DNA of 64,000 nt from an uncultured Actinomycetes bacterium. GTDB taxonomy: Bacteria > Actinomycetota > UBA4738 > HRBIN12. Positions 9,567-19,199 of this stretch are shown in pieces (the first letter of the stretch is position 1; the number at the start of each line of letters is the position of its first letter). A program made the translations under genes and the position numbers. The notes under the pieces were generated by a model. That model was not told where the DNA came from. It saw only the letters and a program-made list of their open reading frames with translations, and ran no database searches. Location: contig CAWCPZ010000003.1 in NCBI GenBank assembly GCA_963797635.1, positions 67,339 through 131,338 of the forward strand. The letters run 5' to 3'.

Positions 9567-11348
9567 CTAGGACGCCCCCGCACTGAAGTTGAGGTCCGCC
9601 ACATCGATCGCACCGGCCATCGTCCGGTCGAACCTGATCTGAACGCTGCGGACATCTCCGAGATCGACCCCCGTGAACGACGAGAGCGGGAACCGCAGCT
9701 GCTGCAGGATCACGTGACCGTAGTAGCGGCGGAGTCCAGAGGGATAGGCCAGCGCGTCGTTCCCCACGTCTGACGCGGCGACCGACGCGCGGTCACCCGA
9801 GCCATCGACCAGGACCACCGACAGGTCCTGGAACTGGAAGGCCTGGTTCACGTCGTAGTCGGGGTTGATCGACGTGCGGAACTGCAGCGCGTCGAACCGC
9901 CGGACGGCGCGTGTGCCCGCGGGGAGTTGGAACCGCACGGAGGCCCGTCCGTCCGACCACCCCAGCACCCCTTGGGCGAGCCCCGGCAGATGGATGTCGG
10001 CGTACGAGGCGAGGCCGGTGATGCACGGGTTCTCGAACGTGTCGGCGCACCAGCCGTAGGTCGAGACGCCCTTCGGGATCACCGCCCCGCCGAGATCGTT
10101 GCGGGCGAGCGAGGATGGATCGGTGAATCGGTCCACGTCCTGCCGGCTCTGCCAGGTGTCGGGCGCGAGGTAGCTCACGGCGGTCCGCGCCGGGGCGATC
10201 CCGTCCGGGGACTCGGCACCCGTGAAGACCGGATCGACGGAGGTGTCGTGGCCCAGGTAGCGACGGAAGTAGTCGACGATGTACGCGCTGCCCACGCGAC
10301 GCTCCTCGATGGGACGGAGCCGGCCTTGGCATTCGTTGACTCCGTCGTCGAAGGCACCCGGATAGCCGCTGGACGGGGTCCAGACCGTGTTGAAGAAGTT
10401 GTGGTTGGCCCCGAACACGGTGATCGCGTGCTTCGGCGAGCGATCGCCGTCCACCAGGTACCGGGAGTCGTCGTAGAAGTGGATGCCCTGCAGGTCGAAG
10501 ACGTCGCCGTCGCAATACGGCAGCATCACCGCCAGGGGCACGTCGTTGATCGTCGCGCGCGTGAAATCCACCGGCGCCAGCGGCAACACCGCGTCGATCC
10601 CGTAGGGGTCGGGGCGTTCCCGGTCGACGATGACCTGCCACACCACACCTTCGCCACCGCGCGAGTGGCCCATCGTGCCGACCTCGGTCATGTCCACCTT
10701 GCCGATGAACCTCGTGCCGAACGGATCGCCCCCCACCGTGGACCACTGCTGCCACAGATCCAGGTGCTCCTCGAGCAGCTCACCTCGCTGCCGCATGCCG
10801 CTGTCGTCGACGACGTTGCCCAGGACGTTGACGCCGTTCCCGCTCACGGACACCACCACGTAGCCGTAGCTCGCGAGACGAGCCGCCACGTAGTCGTACC
10901 CCGTGTAGTTGGGCAACGGCTTCCAGGTGTCCTTGCACGGCCACCGATAGCTCCACCGGTTGCCCTTGAAACATGCGGCGTGATTGCCGTGCAGGAACAG
11001 CACGAGGGGGTAGGGGCCGTCCGCCAACCCCGTGGGGAAGTGCACGTCGGCCGTGATCTCCACCTTGCCACCCAGGTCGCTGGGCTGGAACACCTGGTCC
11101 CCGAAGTCGTAGACGCGCCGGGTGACCTCGTATGGCCCCGGCATCACCGGCGTCGGACCGGCGCGCGGTGTCGGACGTGGCCCGGACGATGACCGTGGGA
11201 CGACCGACGACGTTGGGACCGCGGACGTGCCGTACCGGACCGAGACCGACCCGGTCAGGACCGATGCGTCGGCGGTGATGGCTCGCAGGCTGCGCCCTCT
11301 CGGGCCGGGGATGCCGTAGGCGACCGGCTGGGCGTCGACCTCGACCAC
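9567..11348 (-). CDS. Alpha/beta-hydrolase (lipase/PAF-acetylhydrolase-like; GHSRGG nucleophile elbow) with C-terminal beta-rich domain; N-terminal signal-peptide exon lies in another frame (to 11643)
   Basis: LFLHGNHAAC...GHSRGGEG...catalytic region. Upstream in a different frame, 11643->~11350 encodes MRSTAPRRRPAAALLVVGVLLFAAVQVPSAGASG (signal peptide). Probable single indel near 11350-11395. Confidence 0.65.
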   Translation of the reverse strand: MVEVDAQPVAYGIPGPRGRSLRAITADASVLTGSVSVRYGTSAVPTSSVVPRSSSGPRPTPRAGPTPVMPGPYEVTRRVYDFGDQVFQPSDLGGKVEITADVHFPTGLADGPYPLVLFLHGNHAACFKGNRWSYRWPCKDTWKPLPNYTGYDYVAARLASYGYVVVSVSGNGVNVLGNVVDDSGMRQRGELLEEHLDLWQQWSTVGGDPFGTRFIGKVDMTEVGTMGHSRGGEGVVWQVIVDRERPDPYGIDAVLPLAPVDFTRATINDVPLAVMLPYCDGDVFDLQGIHFYDDSRYLVDGDRSPKHAITVFGANHNFFNTVWTPSSGYPGAFDDGVNECQGRLRPIEERRVGSAYIVDYFRRYLGHDTSVDPVFTGAESPDGIAPARTAVSYLAPDTWQSRQDVDRFTDPSSLARNDLGGAVIPKGVSTYGWCADTFENPCITGLASYADIHLPGLAQGVLGWSDGRASVRFQLPAGTRAVRRFDALQFRTSINPDYDVNQAFQFQDLSVVLVDGSGDRASVAASDVGNDALAYPSGLRRYYGHVILQQLRFPLSSFTGVDLGDVRSVQIRFDRTMAGAIDVADLNFSAGAS

Positions 11349-11787
11349 GTATCGCAGCGCTCGCGGCGGGATACGCGCCGGTCAACGTCAGGCGGTACAG
11401 GGTGGGCGTCTGCTCGGTGCCGCCGATCCGCTCGACCGTCAAGGCACCGTCGCGGCGCGCGACGCTCCCCGATGCCTTCAGCGCCCGGGCGATCGTCGAA
11501 GCGGGGAGCGTCTCGGTCACGCCGGTGCCTGCCGCAGCGGTCCCGGATGCCCCGGCCGACGGCACCTGAACCGCGGCGAACAGCAGCACGCCCACCACCA
11601 GGAGCGCAGCCGCGGGGCGACGGCGGGGGGCGGTCGAGCGCATCAGGGGGATCCCTTTCCGTGGGGCCGGCTCTGAGCCAGCGGTGCGGGCTTCGGCATC
11701 GTCGCAGGCGGACGCGGGGATTGTCCAGGGATGCACCAGAGCCCGGGCCGACGGCCCGGGCTCCGTGACGTCGGAGGCTACGGATCG

Positions 11788-12114
11788 CTAGACGGCTTCC
11801 CAGCCCGCGACGACGGGATGGTCGACGGCGGCAGGACCCACCTGCGCCGCGCCCCCCGGGGAACCGAGGCCACTGACGGAGTCATTGAAGAACTCCGCGT
11901 TGACCGGCGTGAACTGCTTCCACTCCCCGGGCACGTCGTCTTCGTAGAAGATCGCGGTCACGGGGCAGGCCGGCTCGCAGGCGCCGCAGTCGACGCACTC
12001 GTCGGGCTGGATGTACAGCATCCGAGGCCCCTCGTAGATGCAGTCGACGGGACATTCGTCCACGCAGGCGCGGTCTTTGATGTCGATGCAGGGCTCTGCG
12101 ATCGTGTAGGTCAT
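11788..12114 (-). CDS. fdxA: 7Fe ferredoxin (3Fe-4S + 4Fe-4S)
   Basis: MTYTIAEPCIDIKDRACVDECPVDCIY...CVDCGACEPACPV is the classic FdxA pattern. Start trimmed to the ATG at 12114. Confidence 0.9.
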   Translation of the reverse strand: MTYTIAEPCIDIKDRACVDECPVDCIYEGPRMLYIQPDECVDCGACEPACPVTAIFYEDDVPGEWKQFTPVNAEFFNDSVSGLGSPGGAAQVGPAAVDHPVVAGWEAV

Positions 12115-12208
12115 GCCATAAACCCCTTTTCCACGGTGCCGACCTTGCAAATCTCCGTTCCCTCAGTGTACGCCCCCCGCGGGACACGGCAAACGAGGCG
12201 CAGATCGA

Positions 12209-13192
12209 TCATCCAGTGGCCGGTGCCAACCCCCGGATGGTGGCCGTGATCGAGTCGTGGGGGTCGGACCCGGGGACCAGCATGGGGTACACCACCGGCA
12301 GATCTGCCCCGGCATCCCGGTAGGCATCGAGCCGGCCCCGCACCGCCGCGGCGCCCCCCACCAGACAGATGGCGTGCACGAGTTCGTCCGGCACATCGTC
12401 GGGTCTTCCCGCACGGTGGGCGGCCGCTGCTGCTTCGGCGTGTGACCCCAGGCCCATCAGCGAGAACTGCCGGGCGTAGGCGGGATAGCTCGCGTACTCG
12501 CCCGTGGCGGCTTTGGCGGCGGCGAGCGCCGCCACGGGATCGTCCTGATCGACGCACGCCCGGACGTACACCGCGACCGTCACGGCGTCGGGGTCGCGGC
12601 CGGCGTCGACGGCGGCCGCGCGGATGTCGAGCCGGGCCTGCGCGACGCGTTCGGGTGAGCACCAGTTGAGCAGCACGCCGTCGGCGATCCGCCCGGCGAG
12701 CCGCATCGATCGTGGCCCCAGCCCCGCGATCCACACGGGCACCGCGGACGGGGACCGCAGCGAGAGCGGGTCGAGGTCCTCGTCGAGGAGCGACGCCGGT
12801 GCGCCGCCGATCAGGGCACGGATCTGGTGAACCTGCGCCGCCAGGGCATCGAGGGCGCCCTTGCGTGCGGGGCCGGTCCCGATGCCCAGGATCGCTCGTC
12901 CCCCGCTGCGTTCGTTGACGGTGGCGGCGCCCATCGCGGTGAGCCTGGGGATCCGCGAGGTCATCGGGACGATGCCGGTTCCGAGCAGCAGCGACGACGT
13001 CTCCCCCGCGAGGGCGGTCAGCGCGGCGAACGCGTCACGACCCGCGATCTCCGGCAGGAACACCGCCCGGTACTCGAGCGACTCGGCAAGGCGAACGAGC
13101 TCGGCGAACCGGTCCCACGGGAGCGGATCGCGCAGGGCCACCGCGGTCCCCTCCACACGGCTCGGTTGTCGTTCGTCGTGCACGGGTGCCAT
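12209..13192 (-). CDS. Luciferase-like monooxygenase (LLM) class flavin/F420-dependent oxidoreductase
   Basis: TIM-barrel LLM signature (LGIGTGP, GRAILGIGTG ...), 327 aa. F420 rather than FMN dependence is an inference from family distribution in actinobacteria. Confidence 0.75.
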   Translation of the reverse strand: MAPVHDERQPSRVEGTAVALRDPLPWDRFAELVRLAESLEYRAVFLPEIAGRDAFAALTALAGETSSLLLGTGIVPMTSRIPRLTAMGAATVNERSGGRAILGIGTGPARKGALDALAAQVHQIRALIGGAPASLLDEDLDPLSLRSPSAVPVWIAGLGPRSMRLAGRIADGVLLNWCSPERVAQARLDIRAAAVDAGRDPDAVTVAVYVRACVDQDDPVAALAAAKAATGEYASYPAYARQFSLMGLGSHAEAAAAAHRAGRPDDVPDELVHAICLVGGAAAVRGRLDAYRDAGADLPVVYPMLVPGSDPHDSITATIRGLAPATG

Positions 13193-13212
13193 CGTCGCAG
13201 GTCGTGGAAGGC

Positions 13213-13860
13213 ATGACGTTCACGACCGAGGACGGTGTCCGGCTCGAGGGCGAGCTGCGGCTGCCCGATGAGGCGCCTCGCGCCTCCGCCGTGCTGTGTC
13301 ATCCCCATCCACGGCACGGTGGCAGCAAGGACCACCCCATCCTGTGGGCGCTGCGGAACGAACTCGCGGGGACCCGGGAGCTCGCCGTGCTGGGCTTCAA
13401 CTTCCGGGGGAACATGGGATCGGAAGGCACCTACGGCGGCGGCCGGGACGAGGTCCGTGATGTGCGCGCCGCGATCGAGCGCGTGCGCATGGAGGCCCCG
13501 GACCTGCCCAGCGTGGTGTGCGGTTGGTCGTTCGGCGCCAACGTCGCGCTGCGGGAAGCGGTCGACGATGAACGCGTCGCCGCCCTGGTGCTGATCGGCA
13601 TCCCGTTGCAACCGAAGGACGTGACCCTGCCGGCCCTTCCACCACCGGAAGAGCTCCGCCGGTTCCGCCGGCCGGTGCTGATCCTCGCGGGCGACAACGA
13701 CGAGTACTGCCCGGCCGAGGAAGCGCGAGTCTTCTCCGCCGAGTTCGCCGACGGCCGCCTCGCGCTGCTCGAAGGTACCGACCATTTCCTCTGGCGCCGG
13801 GAGCGTGAAGCGGCGACGATCGTCGGGGATTTCGTGGACGAGGTGCTCGGCCGAACCTGA
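13213..13860 (+). CDS. Alpha/beta hydrolase (BAAT/dienelactone hydrolase-like)
   Basis: GWSFG nucleophile elbow plus D and H downstream; about 215 aa. Start moved to the ATG at 13213 to avoid overlap with the divergent LLM gene. Confidence 0.7.
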   Translation: MTFTTEDGVRLEGELRLPDEAPRASAVLCHPHPRHGGSKDHPILWALRNELAGTRELAVLGFNFRGNMGSEGTYGGGRDEVRDVRAAIERVRMEAPDLPSVVCGWSFGANVALREAVDDERVAALVLIGIPLQPKDVTLPALPPPEELRRFRRPVLILAGDNDEYCPAEEARVFSAEFADGRLALLEGTDHFLWRREREAATIVGDFVDEVLGRT

Positions 13861-13867
13861 CGGGGCG

Positions 13868-14158
13868 TCAGCGATCCGAGCGTGCATGCCCGTTCGTCCG
13901 AGGGTCCACCGGCGGCGGCCGGCGAGGCCGCCACACCCACACGAACGGCAGGAACAGGAACATCCCGCCGAACAGCCCCGGCCACACGAAGACGCCCAGC
14001 AGCACGAACACGACGCACACCGTGAGCCAGAGCAGCGGGTTCCCCCACCACGGACGGTCGTCCAGCCGGCCGCGGCTCCAGACCAGCAGGAACCCGCCGA
14101 TCACGAACAGCATCACCAGGAACGGCAACGCGAGATAGAGGATCCGATCCTGGTTCAT
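13868..14158 (-). CDS. Small integral membrane protein (2-3 TM helices), hypothetical
   Basis: Strongly hydrophobic helices LALPFLVMLFVIGGFLLVW and LLWLTVCVVFVLLGVFVWPGLFGGMFLFLPFVWVW. Confidence 0.45.
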   Translation of the reverse strand: MNQDRILYLALPFLVMLFVIGGFLLVWSRGRLDDRPWWGNPLLWLTVCVVFVLLGVFVWPGLFGGMFLFLPFVWVWRPRRPPPVDPRTNGHARSDR

Positions 14159-14317
14159 CGGGCCACGCTACGGTCCTTGACCCGGACCACCGCCCCAACG
14201 GCGGCCGGCCACCTTCCACGATCTGATCAGATGCACGATCGTGAAGATGCCCAGCACGATGAGCGCCGCGAGCCCGAGGTAGGCGAAGACCATGGGGACC
14301 AGCCTGTCACGGCGTGC

Positions 14318-15748
14318 TTAGAGCGGCACGTGCGAGAGCACCATGATGCGCTGCTCGGTCATCTCCTCCATCGCGAACCGCAGGCCCTCGCGGCCGAACC
14401 CGGAATCCTTCGACCCGCCGTACGGCATCTGATCGGCGCGGAACGCGCTGACGTCGTTGATGATGACGCCGCCCACCTCGAGCGTGCGGTGGGCTTCCAT
14501 CGCCCGGCTGATGTCGTTGGTGAAGACCCCGGCCTGCAGGCCGTACTTCGAGTCGTTCACCGACTTCAGCGCGTCGTCGAACGTCTGGTAGGGGCTGATC
14601 GTGACGACGGGTCCGAAGACCTCCTCGCGGCACACCTTCATCTCGGGCTTCACGTCGGCGATCAGCGTGGGCTGGAAGATCGGACCCTCGCCGGTGCCGC
14701 CGGTGAGCACCTGCGCGCCCTGGCTGACGGCCTCGTCGACCCAGCCCTGGATGCGCTCCACTTCCTGGGCTTGGATCACCGGACCGACGTCGACGGTCGG
14801 GTCCATCGGGTCGCCCACCTTCAACGACTCCACCTGCTTGGTGAGGCGTGCCGCGAAGTCGTCGTAGACCTCGGAGGCGACGAGCACCCGCTGCACGCTG
14901 ATGCAGCTCTGTCCCGCCTGGTAGTAGCCGCCGAACGCGATGCGCTGAGCGGCGAAGTCCAGGTCCGCGTCGCTGTGGACGATGACGCCGGCGTTGCCGC
15001 CGAGCTCGAGCGTCACGCGCTTCTTCGGATCCAGGCCCTTGAGGTACCAGCCGATCTCGGACGATCCCGTGAACGAGATCTTCTTGAACCGGTCGTCCCG
15101 TGCCATGCCGTCCGCGACCTTGGAGCTGACCGGCAGCACCTGGTACATGCCCTTGGGCAGGTCGGTCTCGGCGAAGAACTCGGCGAGGCGCAGCGCACCG
15201 ATCGGCGTCGCGCTGGCGGGCTTCACCACGATCGGCGCTCCGACCGCGAGCGAGGGCGCCACCTTGTGGGCCACCAGGTTCAACGGGAAGTTGAAGGGTG
15301 TGATGCCGAGCACCGGGCCGAGCGGGAAGCGACGGAGCAACCCGAGCCGCGAACCCAGCGCCTGCTCGGTGTCCAGGCGCATCGCTTCGTCGGTGCCGTG
15401 ACGGATCACCTCGGAGGCCCACCGGAACGTCGAGACCGCACGGGTGGCCTCGACCGTGGCCCACTTCAGTGGCTTGCCACCTTCGGCCGCGATCAGGTTC
15501 GCGTTCTCCTCGATCGTCTCCGACAGCCGCTTGGAGATGTGATCGAGCGCGTCGGCGCGCGCCCAGATCGGCAGGTTCTTCGACTCCTCGAAGGTGTCGT
15601 GGGCGACCTGGGAGGCCTCCTCGACATCGGCGGCGGTGGGAACGGCGATCTCGGCGACGACGCTGCCGTCGTACGGGCTGTGCACCTCGAAGGTGCCTTC
15701 GCCGGTTCGCCACTCCCCGTTCACCAGGAACGGACGCGTCTCGACCAT
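14318..15748 (-). CDS. NAD(P)-dependent aldehyde dehydrogenase
   Basis: ALDH superfamily: FTGSSEIG, catalytic LELGGNAG ... QAGQSCIS (Cys), EEVFGPV. Confidence 0.9.
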   Translation of the reverse strand: MVETRPFLVNGEWRTGEGTFEVHSPYDGSVVAEIAVPTAADVEEASQVAHDTFEESKNLPIWARADALDHISKRLSETIEENANLIAAEGGKPLKWATVEATRAVSTFRWASEVIRHGTDEAMRLDTEQALGSRLGLLRRFPLGPVLGITPFNFPLNLVAHKVAPSLAVGAPIVVKPASATPIGALRLAEFFAETDLPKGMYQVLPVSSKVADGMARDDRFKKISFTGSSEIGWYLKGLDPKKRVTLELGGNAGVIVHSDADLDFAAQRIAFGGYYQAGQSCISVQRVLVASEVYDDFAARLTKQVESLKVGDPMDPTVDVGPVIQAQEVERIQGWVDEAVSQGAQVLTGGTGEGPIFQPTLIADVKPEMKVCREEVFGPVVTISPYQTFDDALKSVNDSKYGLQAGVFTNDISRAMEAHRTLEVGGVIINDVSAFRADQMPYGGSKDSGFGREGLRFAMEEMTEQRIMVLSHVPL

Positions 15749-15762
15749 CGGGGATGCTCCTC

Positions 15763-15878
15763 TTCTCTTTGACCCGCTACCGCTTCGCTGCTTGAGCGGG
15801 ACTCTCTTTGACCCGCTACCGCTTCGCTGCTTGAGCGGGACTCTTTTGACCCGCTACCGCTTCGCTGCTTGAGCGGGT
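15763..15878. repeat. Tandem direct repeat, three copies of a 39-bp unit (ctctttgacccgctaccgcttcgctgcttgagcgggact), each with a short inverted repeat (cccgct ... agcggg)
   Basis: Seen directly: units 15763-15801 and 15802-15840 are identical; a third, slightly shorter unit follows at 15841-~15878. Lies between the stop of ALDH 15892..17328 and the start of ALDH 14318..15748. Confidence 0.9.
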
Positions 15879-15891
15879 GTCGGGATGGCCG

Positions 15892-17328
15892 CTAGTCGAG
15901 CGAGACCATCACGTGCTTGATGTTGGTGTAGTCCTCCAGCGAATAGACGGACATGTCCTTGCCGTGTCCGCTCTGCTTGTACCCACCGTGGGGCATCTCA
16001 GGCGTGAGCGGGATGTGGGTGTTGACCCACACGCAGCCGAACTGCAGGCGACGGGACATGCGCATCGCGCGACCCACGTCCCGCGTCCAGACGGACGAGG
16101 CGAGGCCGTAGTCGGTCCCGTTCGCCCAGGAGAGCGCCTGATCCTCGTCGGTGAACCGCTGCACGGTCACCACCGGCCCGAAGACCTCACGCTGCACGAT
16201 CTCGGCGTCCTGCGAGGGGTTGGCCACGACCGTCGGCTTGAAGTGGAAGCCCGGGGTGCCCAGGGACTCGCCGCCGGTGAGGATCTCGGCGCCGTCGTCC
16301 TTGGCGCGGGACAGGAACCCTTCGACCCGCTGCAGCTGCTCCTGGCTGATCATCGAGCCGACCGCGACATCGTCCTCGAACGCGGTGCCGACCTTGAGGC
16401 CCTCGACCGCCGGGACGAGGTCGGTGAGCACCTTGTCGTAGGCGCCTTCGGCCACGAGCACGCGGCACGCGGCGGTGCAGTCCTGTCCGGCGTTGAAGTA
16501 GCCCGCGATCGAGATCCACTCGACGACCGACTCGAGATCGGCGTCGTCGAAGACCACGACGGGCGCCTTGCCACCCAGCTCCAGGTGGACGCGCTTCAGC
16601 GTGTCGCTGGCGTTCGTGTGGATCAGCTTGCCGGTGTTCACGTCACCGGTCAGCGACACGATCCCGACGTCGGGGTGGCGCACCAACCGGTCGCCGACGG
16701 GCAACCCGTCGCCGGTGACGACGTTGAAGACCCCGGGCGGGAAGATCTCGGCGGCGAGCTCGGCGAGCTTGATCGTCGACAGCGGCGTCATCTCCGACGG
16801 CTTCAACACGATCGTGTTGCCCGACGCGAGCGCAGGACCGATCTTCCAGACCGCCATCATCAGCGGGTAGTTCCACGGCGCGATCAGACCGGCGACGCCG
16901 ATCGGCTCGCGACGGACGATCGAGGTGAACCCCGCCATGTACTCACCGGCGCTGCGGCCCTCGGGCAGACGCGCCGCGCCCGCGAAGAACCGCAGGTTGT
17001 CGACGATCGGCGGGATCTCGTCCGACATCGTCAGCGCTGCCGGCTTGCCGGCGTCCTGGGACTCGATGTTGACGATCTCGTCGGCGTGCTCCTCGATCGC
17101 GTCGGCGAGCTTGAGGAGCATCAGCTGGCGATCCTTGGGCGTGGTGTCGAACCAGGTGTCGTCGAACGCCTTCTTGGCCGCGGCGACGGCCTTGTCCACG
17201 TCCTCGGCGGTGCCCTCCTGCACGGAGCCGATCACCTCGCCCGTGTGAGGGCTGATGATGTCGCGGGTGCCGCCGTCGGACGAGTTCACCCACTCGCCGT
17301 TGATGAACATCTGATGGCTGTCAGCCAT
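15892..17328 (-). CDS. Aldehyde dehydrogenase (gamma-aminobutyraldehyde/succinate-semialdehyde DH-like)
   Basis: ALDH motifs [38 protein letters not shown]. Confidence 0.9.
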   Translation of the reverse strand: MADSHQMFINGEWVNSSDGGTRDIISPHTGEVIGSVQEGTAEDVDKAVAAAKKAFDDTWFDTTPKDRQLMLLKLADAIEEHADEIVNIESQDAGKPAALTMSDEIPPIVDNLRFFAGAARLPEGRSAGEYMAGFTSIVRREPIGVAGLIAPWNYPLMMAVWKIGPALASGNTIVLKPSEMTPLSTIKLAELAAEIFPPGVFNVVTGDGLPVGDRLVRHPDVGIVSLTGDVNTGKLIHTNASDTLKRVHLELGGKAPVVVFDDADLESVVEWISIAGYFNAGQDCTAACRVLVAEGAYDKVLTDLVPAVEGLKVGTAFEDDVAVGSMISQEQLQRVEGFLSRAKDDGAEILTGGESLGTPGFHFKPTVVANPSQDAEIVQREVFGPVVTVQRFTDEDQALSWANGTDYGLASSVWTRDVGRAMRMSRRLQFGCVWVNTHIPLTPEMPHGGYKQSGHGKDMSVYSLEDYTNIKHVMVSLD

Positions 17329-17468
17329 GTTCCCCCTCCTCGTCGAAGAAGCCTGCTCGACCGTCTGAACGGGTGGTCAGACCGCCAGTATGCATCGGGG
17401 TGGCGCGAACGTTCCACCCGACGGATGGTCCGGGCCGGTCCCCGTGGTTGTCCGAGGTGGACAACGCA

Positions 17469-19025
17469 TCACCCTTCCTGCTGGGCCGCCTGGAGATCAC
17501 GGGCGCGCAGCGCCAGCCAGAACTCCATGCGGTCGAAACTGCTCGACAGATCCCGCCCGGTGAGCTCTTCGACCTTGCGCATGCGGTAGCGCAGCGTGTG
17601 GCGATGGACGAACAGTTCGGCGGCCGCCGTCTCCCAGCGGGCGTTGTGCTGCAGGAACGCCTGGAGCGAGCTCAGCAACTCCCCGTTGTGGTCCCGGTCG
17701 TAGGCGTCGAGGGGCCCGAGCATCGAATCGGCGAACGCTCGCAGCGCGTCGGGATCGGTCATCGACAACAGCAGCCGGTACGTGCCCAGGTCGGCGAACC
17801 CGGCGTGCGACCACCCCTCCAGGCGGCACACCTGGAGCGCGTACCTCGACTCGCGGAGGGAACGGCCGACCTCATCGGCCGTCACGGTGGAGCCGGCGCC
17901 GGCACGGAGCTCAGCACCGACGCGATGGCCGATCGCCTTCGTGACCTCCTCGAGATCGACCTCGGGCTCGGCGGGCAACAACAGATGCACCCCATCGTCA
18001 TGGGCCGAGGCGAGGAACCCGCCACCGGCCCGCGACCGTTCGTCCGTCGCGGCCAGCGCCACCGTCTCCGGATCGGGCGCCTCACCCACCGTTTCGAGGG
18101 AGACGACGAGCACCGCGGCGTCTCGGTCGAACCCGAAGCGCGCGAGCCCGCGACCGGCGTCGGCGTTCGTGAGCCCGCCGCGCGCGAGTTCGTCGAAGAA
18201 GTCGCCCTGGAGCCGCCGTTGGGCGTCGGCCACCGCACGGGACTTCGCGAGTTCGATCGCGAACAGGCTCAGCGCATGCCCCGCCACGATCCGGTCCATC
18301 TGGCTGAGCTGCTCGGGTTTGCCCACGGCGAGGAACGCCTCGACGCGGCCCTGCGCGCCGACGGGCTGGACCCAGATGTGATGGCCACGATCGACCAGGG
18401 TCACGCTGAACGAGGTGCTCTCGGGGCGGCTGTCACGCAGCTCGTCCCACACGCGTTCGGCCCGGAGCGAGGCCGCGCGGCTGGTGCTGGCGATCGGCAG
18501 GCCGTGGAGGTCGAGCAGCAACGCCCACCCCTTCGTGACGTCGGCGAGCGACCGCGCGATGCCTTCGGGCCCCTTGCCCTCCATGACGGCACGCGTGAGC
18601 ACGTGTTCGGCATCGACGGCCCGCTGCAGCGTGTCGTACTGCTCGGCGACGATGCGCGTGAACACGGCCTCGGTGATCGCGATGAACGGCACCGGGTAGG
18701 GCACCTCGAAGAGCGGGAAGTCCTCCGAGGTGGCGGCGGTCACCAGCGATCGGGGCGTCTTGTCGTGGCTGAACCCGAGCCCGAACCCGAGCCCGGCCAG
18801 GCCCGCCTTCGCGAGGCGCTTCACGTAGGCGCGCTGCTTCGCCGGCGTGGTGCCGATGCCCATGCCGGTGGTGAGGATCAGCTCGCCGCCCTTGAGCCAC
18901 GGCGTCGGGTCCTCCAGCTCGGACACGTGCACCCATCGGATCGGGCGCTGGGCCTGCTCCTGGCCGGCGAGCAGCTTCAGCGGCATGCCCGGCACGGCGA
19001 CGATGTCCTTGACGGTGACGGCCAT
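17469..19025 (-). CDS. PucR/GabR-type transcriptional regulator (PucR C-terminal HTH)
   Basis: C-terminal PucR-type HTH (LQAFLQHNARWETAAAELFVHRHTLRYRMRKVEELTGRDL). The ORF track fuses it to a long upstream shadow ORF; ATG at 19025 (MAVTVKDIVAVPG...) is taken as the start. Divergent from gabT, as for GabR of Corynebacterium. Confidence 0.8.
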   Translation of the reverse strand: MAVTVKDIVAVPGMPLKLLAGQEQAQRPIRWVHVSELEDPTPWLKGGELILTTGMGIGTTPAKQRAYVKRLAKAGLAGLGFGLGFSHDKTPRSLVTAATSEDFPLFEVPYPVPFIAITEAVFTRIVAEQYDTLQRAVDAEHVLTRAVMEGKGPEGIARSLADVTKGWALLLDLHGLPIASTSRAASLRAERVWDELRDSRPESTSFSVTLVDRGHHIWVQPVGAQGRVEAFLAVGKPEQLSQMDRIVAGHALSLFAIELAKSRAVADAQRRLQGDFFDELARGGLTNADAGRGLARFGFDRDAAVLVVSLETVGEAPDPETVALAATDERSRAGGGFLASAHDDGVHLLLPAEPEVDLEEVTKAIGHRVGAELRAGAGSTVTADEVGRSLRESRYALQVCRLEGWSHAGFADLGTYRLLLSMTDPDALRAFADSMLGPLDAYDRDHNGELLSSLQAFLQHNARWETAAAELFVHRHTLRYRMRKVEELTGRDLSSSFDRMEFWLALRARDLQAAQQEG

Positions 19026-19032
19026 GGATCGA

Positions 19033-19102
19033 TTGTACGGAACGTATAGCCAGGACACCTCGGACGAAGGGCTGCGCCGCTCAGGATGGACGAACCGTAC
19101 AA
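19033..19102. promoter_or_regulatory. Divergent pucR/gabT promoter region with two inverted copies of TTGTACGG (19033-19040) / CCGTACAA (19095-19102)
   Basis: Seen in sequence. Candidate regulator half-sites. No experimental support. Confidence 0.3.
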
Positions 19103-19199
19103 CCCCGAGCGCGAAGGCTAGCCCCGCCATCGCCTGACAGGACCCCGCGCCGGGCCCGACACTCGAGCGGTACCCCCAGCAGGAGGGAAACGCTCGATC

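Noticed and set aside
12163-13271. Overlapping small ORFs (12163..12414, 12442..12669, 12624..12830, 12712..12918, 12861..13271) inside or opposite the LLM oxidoreductase
   Set aside because: All lie within or antisense to a well-supported 327-aa LLM gene and have Arg/Pro-rich composition.
14168-14293. 41-codon minus-strand ORF (MVFAYLGLAALIVLGIFTIVHLIRSWKVAGRRWGGGPGQGP) next to the small membrane protein gene
   Set aside because: Hydrophobic and plausible as a tiny membrane peptide, but too short and without a clear RBS or conservation evidence to report as a feature.
13805-17589. Plus-strand ORFs 13805..15772 (655 aa) and 15877..17589 (570 aa) opposite the two ALDH genes
   Set aside because: Arg/His/Asp-rich nonsense translations; the ALDH genes on the other strand are unambiguous.
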